A DNA stretch of 59,832 nt, from assembly GCA_038243585.1 (NCBI GenBank), contig JBBSQY010000018.1:1-59832 (forward strand). Reading direction: 5' to 3'. Under the pieces are notes generated by a model, which saw only the letters and a program-made list of their open reading frames with translations, made no database searches and had not been told where the DNA came from. A program made the position numbers and the translations under genes. Position 1 is the stretch's first letter, and each line of letters starts with the position of its first letter. Of this stretch, positions 40,380 through 51,064 are shown in pieces. The stretch comes from Candidatus Sumerlaeales bacterium (GTDB lineage: Bacteria > Sumerlaeota > Sumerlaeia > Sumerlaeales > Sumerlaeaceae).

Positions 40380-41015
40380 CTACTCGTCAGTAATGATGGG
40401 GTTGAAAAGAGACTGGATCTGCACGCGAAGAAGCTGCTGTCGCCGCGCGACATCCGCTTCGGCAAGCAGGCTTTGACGCTCATACGGGTCGTTCACAAGC
40501 AGACTCGACATTATGTCGCAAAGCATTCCGGGAGTCAATGCCGCAACGTCGTTCTCATGCAGGATAGACATATCTTGGGGAAGCGCGGAGGAAAGCTTTT
40601 CAAAGACTTTTAATAAAAGATCGTGCGTATCAACGACTTCCTGAGTTTTATCAATGGGGACATAGTCGCTAACAACCTGCACTTCCGCTGTACGATAGGC
40701 CTGCCCCTCCAACTCCTGGGTGATCTGAGTGCGGTAAACGCCAGATAAAATGATGTCATACCGGCCATCGTCCCACCGGTCATATTCTATGATTTTTCCG
40801 GCCCCTAGCACCTTATAAACTGGTGGCGCACCGAAATAGCCCTCATGCCAGCCTGGTCGGAGCTGAACTACTCCCAGCATCTTATCGCCCTCAAGCGCAT
40901 CCGAGACCATTTCCTTATACCGCGGTTCAAACACATGGAGAGGCAGCAGTGTGTGAGGGAAAAATACGGTCTCGGGTAATGGGAACAGAGGAATATTAAT
41001 ACTGACAGGTATCAA
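40380..41015 (-). CDS. LON peptidase substrate-binding domain protein
   Basis: IPLFPLPETVFFPHTLLPLHVFEPRYKEMV, DGRYDI, ERQSLL. Confidence 0.9.
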   Translation of the reverse strand: MIPVSINIPLFPLPETVFFPHTLLPLHVFEPRYKEMVSDALEGDKMLGVVQLRPGWHEGYFGAPPVYKVLGAGKIIEYDRWDDGRYDIILSGVYRTQITQELEGQAYRTAEVQVVSDYVPIDKTQEVVDTHDLLLKVFEKLSSALPQDMSILHENDVAALTPGMLCDIMSSLLVNDPYERQSLLAEADVARRQQLLRVQIQSLFNPIITDE

Positions 41016-41048
41016 CGGAATCCCTCTCTAATAAACAGGCTCACCATG

Positions 41049-42260
41049 TCAGGTAGCCATGGCCATGGCAGATTTTCTGGCCGGCGCTGCTGCGGCAATT
41101 TCAGTATAGCGAGAAATGTTCATCAAAACTCCGATGGCCACGCAGTTAATGATCAGCGAACTGCCACCGTAGCTGATCAGTGGCAATGTTAGTCCCTTAG
41201 TAGGAAGAAGTCCAAGCACCACGTACATATTTACAAATGCCTGAAGGCCTATCATGATAGTTATTCCCGTCGCAATCAGCGAGCCATACATATCAGGGGC
41301 CTTCGTCGCCACTCTAATCCCTTGAATCATAAGTATTGCATAAACAAGAAAAATGGCTATCCCACCAGCCATACCCATCTCTTCACAGATACCGGCATAG
41401 ATAAAGTCCGTATGCCCTTCTGACAAAAACTGATACTTCTGAGGCCCTTCACCTAGTCCAAGTCCTGTTAGACCACCTGTGCTTACGGATATCAACGACT
41501 GGCTAAGCTGCCAGCCTGTTGTTTTGCGGATTTCTGCATCAAGTGGATTGGTAAACGCGACCAGTCGTCTTACCCGATAGGGTTCGGCCCAAATCGCGAT
41601 AATCAGCAACGGAATAGCCGCAAGTCCCAGAGACATCAAATGGATAATTCTCATCCCACTGATATACCACATCGTATAAACAATAACCGCCAGAATCACC
41701 GAACCTCCCAGATCCGGTTCAAGCACAATAACCCCAAGAAACAGGGCCAGGATTACGAAAGACGGCACAAACCCGTGGATAAAACTTTTGAGCTCATTCC
41801 GCCTTTCCGTAAGTTTTTTCGCCATATACAGGATCATGGTCAGCTTGGCTAACTCACTTACCTGCAAATTAATAAAGCCCAGGTTAATCCATCGTTTCGC
41901 ACCATTAATTTCCACCCCGATTGGTCGCGGCAGATAAACCATCAGCAGCAGCACAAAGCTTCCCCATAGCATGTGAGACGCGTACTTTTTGTACCGCTCG
42001 TAATCCATGTGGTAAGCGGCCAGCATGGCCACAATACCCAGCAGCGCGAAAAGTCCCTGGCGCTCAAGAAAGTACGTGCTGTGGCTGGTCAGATCCAGAA
42101 TAGCCGCCGTGTCGGTTGAATCCCGCTTTTCCATGGCAAGACGTGATGTTTCGCGAGCGGCAATAGCGGCGCTGGTGCTATACACCATTACAACACCGGT
42201 CATAATAAGCGTAAGAGTGGTTAAAAAAATTATCCAGGTAGTGTTGAAACGCATGAGCAT
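41049..42260 (-). CDS. ftsW: SEDS peptidoglycan polymerase FtsW
   Basis: VMVYST, NGAKRWI, QVSELAK, EPDLG, HTDFI, LLPTKGLTLPLISYGGSS. Confidence 0.9.
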   Translation of the reverse strand: MLMRFNTTWIIFLTTLTLIMTGVVMVYSTSAAIAARETSRLAMEKRDSTDTAAILDLTSHSTYFLERQGLFALLGIVAMLAAYHMDYERYKKYASHMLWGSFVLLLMVYLPRPIGVEINGAKRWINLGFINLQVSELAKLTMILYMAKKLTERRNELKSFIHGFVPSFVILALFLGVIVLEPDLGGSVILAVIVYTMWYISGMRIIHLMSLGLAAIPLLIIAIWAEPYRVRRLVAFTNPLDAEIRKTTGWQLSQSLISVSTGGLTGLGLGEGPQKYQFLSEGHTDFIYAGICEEMGMAGGIAIFLVYAILMIQGIRVATKAPDMYGSLIATGITIMIGLQAFVNMYVVLGLLPTKGLTLPLISYGGSSLIINCVAIGVLMNISRYTEIAAAAPARKSAMAMAT

Positions 42261-42735
42261 GCTTCCTTCGGGAATGGCTGAAATGACGGATTACTACAGG
42301 AGTTGAAACTGAAGTTACGCGCGAATTATAATCAATAGAAAACACACCACAATTCGCCCATTGGCCTTAGTCTGGTGATCCACACCCTACCTCCACATAA
42401 TTCCGCCTGCATTACTTTTACTTTCTTTTGCGTGTGTCACGTCTATGCACCCAAATTTTCCATTTAAGTGGCCGTGCGGGAATAGCGACGCGTCTTCGCA
42501 TACGTTAGTTAAATACTAGATTCCATAACTGGATCTCAATGGTAATTGAAATTTGCCAGTCTGTAGTCCCAGTAAACTACTTCCGGTCGTACCACAAATA
42601 AGAAATAATTAAATCGGCCTTTACTACTGATTTCGCGGAAGTTACATGTTAAATCAGCAAAAGAGGACGTAGTTCCAACTTAAACAATATCAGCGTTATA
42701 AGCCGAAATAAATACATTAGGGGTGCCCGGACAAA

Positions 42736-44490
42736 TTGGAACAACTTTTGAGACCCAATTATCGCCGGTGGTCCTTTGTTGCATATTTCATAATAGCTCT
42801 CCTGTACACCGCACCCCTGGCGCTGCGCTTTACAACACACGTTCCCGGCGACAACGGCGACTCCATTCCCACATTATGGTATTTCTGGTATTTTCCCCGC
42901 GCTCTAATGGGCGGTATGACAGACCTTTTTCACACGACGTTACAGTTTTTTCCCGATGGGATAAGTCTCGTATTCGCCAGCAGTAGTTCCGTAGGCGCAC
43001 TCGTCATGACCCCTATATCCCTCCTGATCGGCCCGGCGGCAGCCCTTAATATCTGGTTGGTTCTTCACATTTGGTTTGGAGGCTGGTTCTTCTTTCGGTT
43101 TTGTCAGGGATTGGGAGCCAGTGCCCGAGGCTCGTTTCTGGGCGGCTTTGCCTATATGTGTTCACCCTTTGTAGCGGTCCACCTTCCAGGCCATTATACC
43201 CTGGTACAGATTGGCTTCACATCCGGAGCCCTATTCAGCCTCTCAGAACTTGCCCGGCGCAGCGCAACAGCTAAAACTATTAATTGGCGCGCCTGGCTTC
43301 CCCCGGCCCTCGGATTAGGAACTTGCGTCATGGCCGTGGCTGCCACAGACTTTTATCTCGCCATGATGACCATATTATTGCTGCTTCCAGCCGCTGCCGC
43401 ACATATGTTCCTACAGCACGGCCGGGCCTTGGTTTTCTCTGGCAGCTTCTGGAAAGGTTTCGCCATTGCCATCATACTTGCCACAGTTGGGTTGTTGCCA
43501 TGGATCTACGCCGTTGTCACAGCCCGCCACGGTCATAATTACCAAGCCCTTGCGCCAGGCGACACAAGTTATCTGGTCGCCCGCTGGAGTCGCCTCGTGA
43601 GCCTGCCCCAATACCATCCAGTTTGGAGGCCGTTGGTATACGTTGGAGATCCAAATGCCATCTCAGTATTTAACGAATACACCTACCTCGGCGCCGTCAG
43701 TCTCCTCATAGCTGCAATTGGAGCCTTAATCCAGCGGGAGCATCTCCGATTCCTAATTTGGGTCATAGCTTTTCTTTTGGCCCTTGGTCTGTCCGGCGCA
43801 AACAGTTACACTTCGCAACCCGCTTGGCCCGGCACACTTTTAGCTTTCGGCAAGCACTGGCCAACGCAGTTCCCCTTCGCGGAATTCAGGGTCCCAGGCC
43901 GCTGGCAGTTCGCCCTGTGCGCTGTGTTAGCCGTCGGCGTAGCCTTAGGTAGCGACAGTCTGTTTCACCGCCTGCGCCGGTTTAATCGAACAGCGCTCCT
44001 TACTCTGCTCTTGTTTCTCCTGGCTTTCGATCTGATGCGTTTCCCAGTGCCACTGACCCCTGCGCAGCCACTTCTATCAGGAATTAAACCATCAAAAAAC
44101 GCCGCGCCGGGAACCGTGTTGGACATCCCCGTCGGAGTCATAAGCGGCCAGGGCCATAGACTGGGAACCTACCATAGAGAAACCCTGCGACGCCAGATGA
44201 ACCACGGCAGACCCATTATCTCCGCATACGTTGCACGCCTTCCAACGGATGTTATAACGAAGCGCCAAAACGATCCAGAACTAACCGCACTTTTAAAAAT
44301 ACAAGACTCAGAAGAAGGAGCAACAATACCAGAAAATCTTGATTGGACCGGCTTCCAGAGACGATACAATATATCGGTTGTCAGAATACCATTAGACTGG
44401 CCGACCAGTACGGCTCTCCAAGCCCTCTCAAACAAAATGAATCCTGCGTGGCAGTGGACTAACTTCTCAGACGAGATTATTGGACGATAA
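42736..44490 (+). CDS. Polytopic membrane protein, GT-C/YfhO-like glycosyltransferase
   Basis: N-terminal TM followed by GDNGDS..WYFW; FFPDG, YLG, FRVPGRW, QMNHGRPII. Confidence 0.65.
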   Translation: MEQLLRPNYRRWSFVAYFIIALLYTAPLALRFTTHVPGDNGDSIPTLWYFWYFPRALMGGMTDLFHTTLQFFPDGISLVFASSSSVGALVMTPISLLIGPAAALNIWLVLHIWFGGWFFFRFCQGLGASARGSFLGGFAYMCSPFVAVHLPGHYTLVQIGFTSGALFSLSELARRSATAKTINWRAWLPPALGLGTCVMAVAATDFYLAMMTILLLLPAAAAHMFLQHGRALVFSGSFWKGFAIAIILATVGLLPWIYAVVTARHGHNYQALAPGDTSYLVARWSRLVSLPQYHPVWRPLVYVGDPNAISVFNEYTYLGAVSLLIAAIGALIQREHLRFLIWVIAFLLALGLSGANSYTSQPAWPGTLLAFGKHWPTQFPFAEFRVPGRWQFALCAVLAVGVALGSDSLFHRLRRFNRTALLTLLLFLLAFDLMRFPVPLTPAQPLLSGIKPSKNAAPGTVLDIPVGVISGQGHRLGTYHRETLRRQMNHGRPIISAYVARLPTDVITKRQNDPELTALLKIQDSEEGATIPENLDWTGFQRRYNISVVRIPLDWPTSTALQALSNKMNPAWQWTNFSDEIIGR

Positions 44491-44524
44491 ATTTGCGGAT
44501 TTACAGGTGCTAGCTACTGTAAAC

Positions 44525-45040
44525 CTATCGCTTGCCTGGCTCTATTCGCCGGGACTTTTTAGGTGTTTCATCTCCAGACGACTGAGATTTTCCATCTTGA
44601 ACAGGGGAGCCATCCATGTTGGTCTCCAGCAAGCCCATAACTGTATCAATTTCGCGGCGAATCCAGTCAACGCTATAGATAATTCCGGTACGAGCAATTT
44701 TAAGCTTAAGGGATTCTAGTTTGGAAACCACCTGCGAAATATCAGGAGAGCCATAAACGATCTGATGCTGCAGTTGCTGCTGTTGCTGAGGGGAAAGATG
44801 TTTAAGTTTATCGTCATATTCCGACAAAACCCGTTCCGCTGAACGTACCGACTCATGAACTGCCTGCCGGCTCACACCACTCAAGCGCGCAACCTCGCTG
44901 AAACTCTTGCCATCTGCCGCGTACGCCCGCACCATTGAAGCCTGTTTTTCAGTCAGCAGGTTTCCATACCGCTCCATCAGCTCTTTGAGGCGACGTCGGT
45001 TTTCATCTTTGGCGATTCTGGCAGAACTTACTTTACTCAT
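44525..45040 (-). CDS. YlxM/UPF0122-like sigma-70 region 4 HTH protein with C-terminal extension
   Basis: YGNLLTEKQ...SFSEVARLSGVSRQAVHESVRSAERVLSEYDDKL; Gln-rich linker. Confidence 0.8.
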   Translation of the reverse strand: MSKVSSARIAKDENRRRLKELMERYGNLLTEKQASMVRAYAADGKSFSEVARLSGVSRQAVHESVRSAERVLSEYDDKLKHLSPQQQQQLQHQIVYGSPDISQVVSKLESLKLKIARTGIIYSVDWIRREIDTVMGLLETNMDGSPVQDGKSQSSGDETPKKSRRIEPGKR

Positions 45041-45143
45041 AAGACCTTATCAAATAAATCAGCTTCATGCAAACGCCACAAAGGGCTTATCAGACAGCAA
45101 CACGCAAGAAATAAAACACTTAATGTGATTGATCAAGAAAAAG

Positions 45144-45218
45144 TGGAGGCGGCGAGCGGATTTGAACCGCTGAATAGAGGTTTTGCAGACCTCCGCCTTA
45201 CCACTTGGCTACGCCGCC
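45144..45218 (-). tRNA. tRNA-Cys(GCA)
   Basis: Reverse complement GGCGGCGTAGCCAAGTGGTAAGGCGGAGGTCTGCAAAACCTCTATTCAGCGGTTCAAATCCGCTCGCCGCCTCCA. Confidence 0.97.
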
Positions 45219-45244
45219 ATTTCCAGCTGCATACCATACCCGGT

Positions 45245-46144
45245 TCACAACGGGTTTATTTTTCCCACCGATGTTTTACCTGATTCTACGTCATCCACAA
45301 TATAAATGGCGATGCCATGTTTTTCCGCTTCGTCAACGACCTGCTCTCGGTGAAAAACAAGCGATCGGCTAGAGGAAAGAGCCAGTGCTGAAGCCTTCGC
45401 ATCGGCCATTGCATTCACGGTTCCAGGGCCAATAACCGGGATGTCAAAACGCAGGTCCTGATCTGGTTTACAGACCTTAACAACCACGCAACCAGGTCCC
45501 GCAAGTTCACCGGCTCGCCGGATGCATTTGTCCGTTCCTTCAAGACCCTCCACCGCCACAACCATCTTATCTTTAACCACTATCGTTTGTCCGATGTCAA
45601 ATCCAGCAATTGCTTTAGCCAGAGGAAATCCAAAATCGATATCTGCCTGTTCTGCTTCGCTGATCGGACGGTTCAAAGTAAGTAACCCCGGCACCGGCAT
45701 CAGATATTTTAAAAACAAAGAAGATTCAAGCACTTGAATGCCCTCTTTCGCGAATTCCTCACAAACCGCGATCAGCAGAGCATCTGCCTGTTTGGTGGCC
45801 GCGCGTGCAAGCAGCTTCATGGCGCGCCAATCAAAATGCCTATACTGAAAGATAGTGCTGTGGGGCACCCGACCCGCCAGCACCAGATGATGAACCCCCT
45901 CCGCCTTCATTATTTCCAAAGCTTTGCCCAATTGCCCCAATTCCAGCCAATAGCACTTTCCAGATTCTGATACCGCAACGGGCAGTTGTTTAGAGGCAAA
46001 ACCTATAACACAGAAGCAAACGACCTGAGTCCCTGCAGCAACAGCAGCCTGTGCGATGAGTATGGGAAAATCTCCCTGACCAGCAATGATTGCAACTTTA
46101 TCTGGTAGATTTTTGCTGCTTGCTATTAGTGGAGCTGAATTCAA
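45245..46144 (-). CDS. lpxI: UDP-2,3-diacylglucosamine diphosphatase LpxI (DUF1009)
   Basis: IIAGQGDFP, DIGQT, VAVEGLEGTD, KPDQDLRFDIPVIG. Confidence 0.92.
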   Translation of the reverse strand: MNSAPLIASSKNLPDKVAIIAGQGDFPILIAQAAVAAGTQVVCFCVIGFASKQLPVAVSESGKCYWLELGQLGKALEIMKAEGVHHLVLAGRVPHSTIFQYRHFDWRAMKLLARAATKQADALLIAVCEEFAKEGIQVLESSLFLKYLMPVPGLLTLNRPISEAEQADIDFGFPLAKAIAGFDIGQTIVVKDKMVVAVEGLEGTDKCIRRAGELAGPGCVVVKVCKPDQDLRFDIPVIGPGTVNAMADAKASALALSSSRSLVFHREQVVDEAEKHGIAIYIVDDVESGKTSVGKINPL

Positions 46145-46264
46145 AGTGGCGGTACTTCCTCAAAGTTATTCTATAGCGATGTCTGCCGGTAAAATACCAG
46201 CAAATAAAAAAGTAAAAAGTTCCTTGTCTCTGATTCGCGTGTCGTTCAGTTTCACCTTCTAAGT

Positions 46265-48064
46265 ATGTCTATGGTCTTAACAGAACAGGTTTTTCAGGGA
46301 ATTCCCGTTAGTCCGGGTTTTGCTATAGGGCGTTGCTTTGTAATAAGGCCCTACGGGCTCAGAATGGTGGAGCCTCGAGATATTCAGGCTGCCGAAGTTG
46401 AGGCGGAAGTTGCCCGCTTTCGACAAGCTATTCAAATCTCCCGCGATCAATTGGGGAAAATTCGGGATCAGGTAGCCCGGGCCCTTGATGAAAAACACGC
46501 TGATATATTCGTTGCCCAAGCGCAGTTTCTTAATGATCCTCAGCTGATTGACGACACGGAAACGGCCATCCGAACAGAACATATCAACGCTGACTACCTG
46601 TTCGACCGTCGAGTCCGAATTCTGATGGATGTTATTTCTCAACTCGAAGATGAGTCTTTCCAGGCCAAAAATTGTGATTTGCTGGATGTATCGAATCGAA
46701 TTCAAAAAAATCTCGGATCTAATTTTGAGGTTGACTACAGTAAGCTTCGTCCGAACACGGTGCTCGTTGGGATGGATTTAGCCCCTTCAGAAACGACTCA
46801 GCTCGTAAAGCACAAAATGGCAGGATTTATCCTGGAAAAAGGCGGTGCTACCTCTCATACGGCCATAATGGCGAAGGCTTTAGAAATTCCCGCAGTCGTG
46901 GGGGTTCGGGGAATTTTAACCGAAGCTAAGCATTGGGACACGATCATAGTAGACGGGCAATCGGGCAAAGTTATCTTAAATCCCACTGCTGAAACATTAA
47001 CGCTATATGAACGCCATCAAAAGGCTTACAAAACAACCGAGGGCGAGCTGCAAGACCTGCGTACCCTGCCGGCAGAAACCCTGGACGGTTACGAAATAAC
47101 GGTACGGTCAAATGTGGAGCTAATGGAAGAAGCAGAGCATATCCATAAACACGGAGGTCGTGGAATAGGTCTGTTCCGGACGGAATTTCTTTTTATGAAT
47201 CGGGAAGAACTACCCACAGAAGAGGATCAGATTGCAATTTATACGACTGTCCTTAAAAAAGTGGCACCTGAGTCAGTAGTATTTAGAACGCTCGACTTTG
47301 GAGGAGATAAGTTTCTCAATGCAGACGCTTACTCACGGGAATTAAATCCCTTTATGGGACTCCGCGCCGTGCGACTTTGCATGGCAACACCAGCTCTGTT
47401 CAATACTCAGATACGCGCAATGCTACGTGCAAGCGCCTACGGCCCGGTAAAAATCCTTATTCCAATGGTTAGCGGCCTTGATGAGTGGTTGGAAGTAAAA
47501 AAGCGAGTTCGTAGAGCGAAAGCCGAACTGCGGTTTCAAGGTATCAAATTTGATTCTCGCGTTCAAATTGGTCCAATGATCGAAGTGCCGTCTGCTGCGA
47601 TTGTCGCCGCCGATCTGGCGTTTGAAAGTGACTTTTTCTCAATCGGCACTAACGACCTAATCCAGTATACGTTAGCCGTAGATCGTGGAAACGAAAAAGT
47701 GGCGTACCTTTATGAACCCTTGCACCCTGCAGTCTTAAGACTGTTAAAACAAACAATTCAGGCTGCCAGAAAAGCCGGGATTAAAATATCGGTCTGTGGC
47801 GAAATGGCATCTGATCCTGTCTCCGCTGTAATTCTTCTGGGACTGGGAGTGGATGAGCTATCCATGAGCGCAATTAGCATTCCGCCAGTAAAGCGCTTAA
47901 TTAGAAGCATTAACTTAAATGATGCTCGTGCCCTGGCGGAAGAAATTATGACAGAAAAAACCATTAACGGCGTACACAGAGTACTAAAGCGACACCTCAA
48001 ACAAATTAGCCAGTTTGATTTAGTTCGCACACCGGCTTCGGTATCATTTCCGTTATCGGACTAA
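46265..48064 (+). CDS. ptsI: PTS enzyme I
   Basis: GGATSHTAIMA (phospho-His), GLFRTEFL, RTLDFGGDK, NPFMGLR, SIGTNDL, CGEMA. Confidence 0.96.
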   Translation: MSMVLTEQVFQGIPVSPGFAIGRCFVIRPYGLRMVEPRDIQAAEVEAEVARFRQAIQISRDQLGKIRDQVARALDEKHADIFVAQAQFLNDPQLIDDTETAIRTEHINADYLFDRRVRILMDVISQLEDESFQAKNCDLLDVSNRIQKNLGSNFEVDYSKLRPNTVLVGMDLAPSETTQLVKHKMAGFILEKGGATSHTAIMAKALEIPAVVGVRGILTEAKHWDTIIVDGQSGKVILNPTAETLTLYERHQKAYKTTEGELQDLRTLPAETLDGYEITVRSNVELMEEAEHIHKHGGRGIGLFRTEFLFMNREELPTEEDQIAIYTTVLKKVAPESVVFRTLDFGGDKFLNADAYSRELNPFMGLRAVRLCMATPALFNTQIRAMLRASAYGPVKILIPMVSGLDEWLEVKKRVRRAKAELRFQGIKFDSRVQIGPMIEVPSAAIVAADLAFESDFFSIGTNDLIQYTLAVDRGNEKVAYLYEPLHPAVLRLLKQTIQAARKAGIKISVCGEMASDPVSAVILLGLGVDELSMSAISIPPVKRLIRSINLNDARALAEEIMTEKTINGVHRVLKRHLKQISQFDLVRTPASVSFPLSD

Positions 48065-48142
48065 CGAACCTGGGTTTTGTGTAATTTACGTTTGATGATG
48101 GTAGGCATAGTATGCCAGACTGAATATCTTGGAGATCCTTAA

Positions 48143-48622
48143 TTGAAAATTGCTTTTTCGAATGATCACGCTGCCGTTGCCAGCAGACATCTAATCGATG
48201 AACTTAGACAGGCTGGTCATGAAGTCTTGGATTATGGAGTAAAAACGGAGGATAGCGTAGATTATCCCGATGTGGCCGCGCCTGCTTTGCAAGATATTGT
48301 TCACGGAAAAGTCGACCGTGTCGTGCTAGTTTGTGGCAGCGGCATTGGTATGAGCATAGTGGCCAACCGAATACCTGGTATCCGTTGTGCAATGGTGATT
48401 GATCCTTTCGCTGCAGAAATGAGCCGCAGGCATAATAACTCTAATTGTCTTTCATTGCGAAGCCGTGAGCAGTCAGAAATAATGAACAGCAAACTACTTT
48501 CCATCTGGATGGCGACAGAATTTGAAAATGGACGCCACGAAGACAGGATTCAAAAAATCGAAGCTATACGGTCCAACTGCGGGATCGGACTGCTTAACCA
48601 CGAAGGAGAAGAGACGAAATGA
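48143..48622 (+). CDS. rpiB: Ribose-5-phosphate isomerase B
   Basis: [35 protein letters not shown]. Confidence 0.93.
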   Translation: MKIAFSNDHAAVASRHLIDELRQAGHEVLDYGVKTEDSVDYPDVAAPALQDIVHGKVDRVVLVCGSGIGMSIVANRIPGIRCAMVIDPFAAEMSRRHNNSNCLSLRSREQSEIMNSKLLSIWMATEFENGRHEDRIQKIEAIRSNCGIGLLNHEGEETK

Positions 48623-49893
48623 GCGCCGTGTCAGATAAGGCAGCACCCTTATCCCAGCAGGATCCTGAAATATATAATGCAATTGATGCCGAACTACGCC
48701 GTCAGCAAAGTACGCTTGAAATGATAGCTAGCGAAAATTTTGTTTCCGAGGCAATTCTTGAAGCTCAAGGAAGTGTATTAACGAACAAATATGCTGAGGG
48801 ACTCCCGGGAAAACGCTATTATGGCGGTTGCGAACACGTAGACGTAGTAGAAACTCTAGCGATTGACCGCGCAAAGCAGCTATTCGGTGTTGATCACGTT
48901 AATGTGCAGCCTCATTCTGGCGCCCAAGCGAATATGGCAGTCTTTTTCGCGCAGCTTAAGCCTGGCGATACCATTCTTGGTATGGACTTGGCCCATGGCG
49001 GACACCTTACCCATGGCATGCGGTTGAACTTTTCCGGCACTTATTTTAATGTTGTTTCCTATGGTGTTAAAAAGGACACTGAACTGATCGACTATGATCA
49101 CGTGGCGAGCCAGGCTCGCGAACACAAACCAAGATTAATAATAGCTGGTGCCAGCGCCTATCCCCGCCAAATCGATTTTGCCAGATTTGCTGAGATTGCG
49201 AAAGAAGTCGGAGCTTTGTTTATGACCGACGTTGCCCACTATGCCGGTCTAATAGCAGGTGGCGTTTACGAATCGCCGGTTCCCTATGCGGATTTTGTTA
49301 CTACTACAACCCACAAAACGTTGCGTGGTCCCCGAGCGGGGATCGTGATGTGCCGTGAGGAATTCGCAAAAGGCATAGACAAAGCGGTATTTCCCGGACT
49401 TCAAGGTGGCCCACTCATGCACGTTATTGCCGCGAAAGCCATTTGTTTCGGCGAAGCCTTGCTTCCTGAGTTTAAGCACTACGCTGCCGCCGTAAAAGAA
49501 AACGCTCAGGTCTTGGGTGACGAACTGTCCAGAGCTGGGTTACGGATCGTCAGCGGGGGAACCGATTGCCATCTTCTTTTAGCGGATGTTTCAGTTTTCA
49601 ATGTTACCGGAAAACAGGCAGAGGCCCTACTGGACGAGGCCGGTATAACCTGTAATAAAAACATGATTCCATTTGACGCGCTGAAGCCTGCTGAAACCAG
49701 CGGAATTCGACTGGGAACGCCGGCTCTCACAACCCGAGGAATGACCGCTGAGGAAATGCGAAGAATTGGTCAATGGATTGGGGCCATTCTAATAAAACCT
49801 ACGGACGAAACGCTGCGTCAGAACATTAAGAATGAAATCGGGCTGCTCGTAAAAGATTTCCCCCTCTACGCGAACCGCAACATTAGAGTTTAA
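48619..49893 (+). CDS. glyA: Serine hydroxymethyltransferase
   Basis: [37 protein letters not shown]. Confidence 0.98.
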   Translation: MSAVSDKAAPLSQQDPEIYNAIDAELRRQQSTLEMIASENFVSEAILEAQGSVLTNKYAEGLPGKRYYGGCEHVDVVETLAIDRAKQLFGVDHVNVQPHSGAQANMAVFFAQLKPGDTILGMDLAHGGHLTHGMRLNFSGTYFNVVSYGVKKDTELIDYDHVASQAREHKPRLIIAGASAYPRQIDFARFAEIAKEVGALFMTDVAHYAGLIAGGVYESPVPYADFVTTTTHKTLRGPRAGIVMCREEFAKGIDKAVFPGLQGGPLMHVIAAKAICFGEALLPEFKHYAAAVKENAQVLGDELSRAGLRIVSGGTDCHLLLADVSVFNVTGKQAEALLDEAGITCNKNMIPFDALKPAETSGIRLGTPALTTRGMTAEEMRRIGQWIGAILIKPTDETLRQNIKNEIGLLVKDFPLYANRNIRV

Positions 49894-49923
49894 TATAAGC
49901 AGGATATTGTAATCGGCCACATC

Positions 49924-50946
49924 TCAATATCGAGATGTGGCTTTTTTTTCCAAAATAGCCTTACGGTACTTGCTTTCTGGTGTCAGGCTAAGATGTTTGT
50001 CATACTCAGCAAAAGCCTGCGCATATTTTTTCTCGCTAAACAAAACGTCTCCATACATAAGGCGAAAATCAGAATTTTCAGGATTTCTTTCTATTGCAGC
50101 TTGGAGCAATTGATTTGTCTTGGTGATTTTTCCAGTATTTCTGTAAGCTCCCGCTAATGCCTTTACAATGCTGGCGTCTCCAGGATTTCTAACTAGAACG
50201 GACTCAAGGAAAGTCATCGCTACTCCAACCTTGTTAGCTTCTATAGCGTTTGTCACTATTTCGTATGGGTTAAACTCCTGCTCTGGCTGATAAAACCTGA
50301 ATGTACGGAAGAAGTAATCGGCGCTCCATGCCTGATTACATAAAAGAGATATAGCAGCGCGAACTCGTAAAAGATCACCTTTGTCGTCTGATTTTTCGGA
50401 AAGGTGCGTCGAATGCAGCAGGTAACTGTTAGCAGTAGCCAGCTCACCAAGGCGCAAAAATGATAAGCCGGCCATTCGAAATACGAGTTCCGGTGCCACG
50501 GGTGGAAGTGGTATCATAGTTAGATAATCTGATAATCCATTAGCTGTCTGCTCGTATTTGCCCTGCTTGTAGTTAGAAAAAGCAAGCAAACGCAACGCAT
50601 TATACGAGTGGGGTAGGTATGGCATCCCTTTCTCAAACGCGATAATGGCCTCTGGAAACCTTTGCTGGAGGTACAGTGCTGTGCCAAAGTAAAACCAGGA
50701 GTATCCATCGTACGGATTTAAACGCACGGCCTCTTTCGCAATAGGTTCTGCGCGATTGGCAAAGTTGCCCTCCGCTAAAAGCCGGTGTGATTGCTGTATA
50801 TGCACTTTCGTCTGTTGCTGTCTGAAGGCAGTGACGATTACGATTTGCCCTAAAACGAAAGCCAACACTAAAAAGATCCGCAAATATTGCGGGTACCAAT
50901 GCGAATGTGAGTTCATGGGGGATAAACCTATAATTTTACGGAACAT
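49924..50946 (-). CDS. Membrane-anchored TPR protein
   Basis: One N-terminal TM helix followed by multiple TPR-like repeats. Confidence 0.75.
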   Translation of the reverse strand: MFRKIIGLSPMNSHSHWYPQYLRIFLVLAFVLGQIVIVTAFRQQQTKVHIQQSHRLLAEGNFANRAEPIAKEAVRLNPYDGYSWFYFGTALYLQQRFPEAIIAFEKGMPYLPHSYNALRLLAFSNYKQGKYEQTANGLSDYLTMIPLPPVAPELVFRMAGLSFLRLGELATANSYLLHSTHLSEKSDDKGDLLRVRAAISLLCNQAWSADYFFRTFRFYQPEQEFNPYEIVTNAIEANKVGVAMTFLESVLVRNPGDASIVKALAGAYRNTGKITKTNQLLQAAIERNPENSDFRLMYGDVLFSEKKYAQAFAEYDKHLSLTPESKYRKAILEKKATSRY

Positions 50947-50975
50947 AATCCCGCCTCCCGGCGTCTAGACTGTAA

Positions 50976-50991
50976 TGGCATAAATCATGCT
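50976..50991 (+). promoter_or_regulatory. Sigma-54 -24/-12 motif upstream of rpoN
   Basis: TGGCATAAATCATGCT, exact GG-N10-GC spacing. Confidence 0.7.
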
Positions 50992-51064
50992 TATTTGGGG
51001 CGCGAGCGGTCTGTTTCGCCGCCCCTCAGCAGCTAAACACAAGTTCATAAAAGGCTTTATTTCC

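Noticed and set aside
48104..48116. Palindrome GGCATA-G-TATGCC before rpiB
   Set aside because: Short, single copy and not sigma-54 spacing; cannot be distinguished from chance
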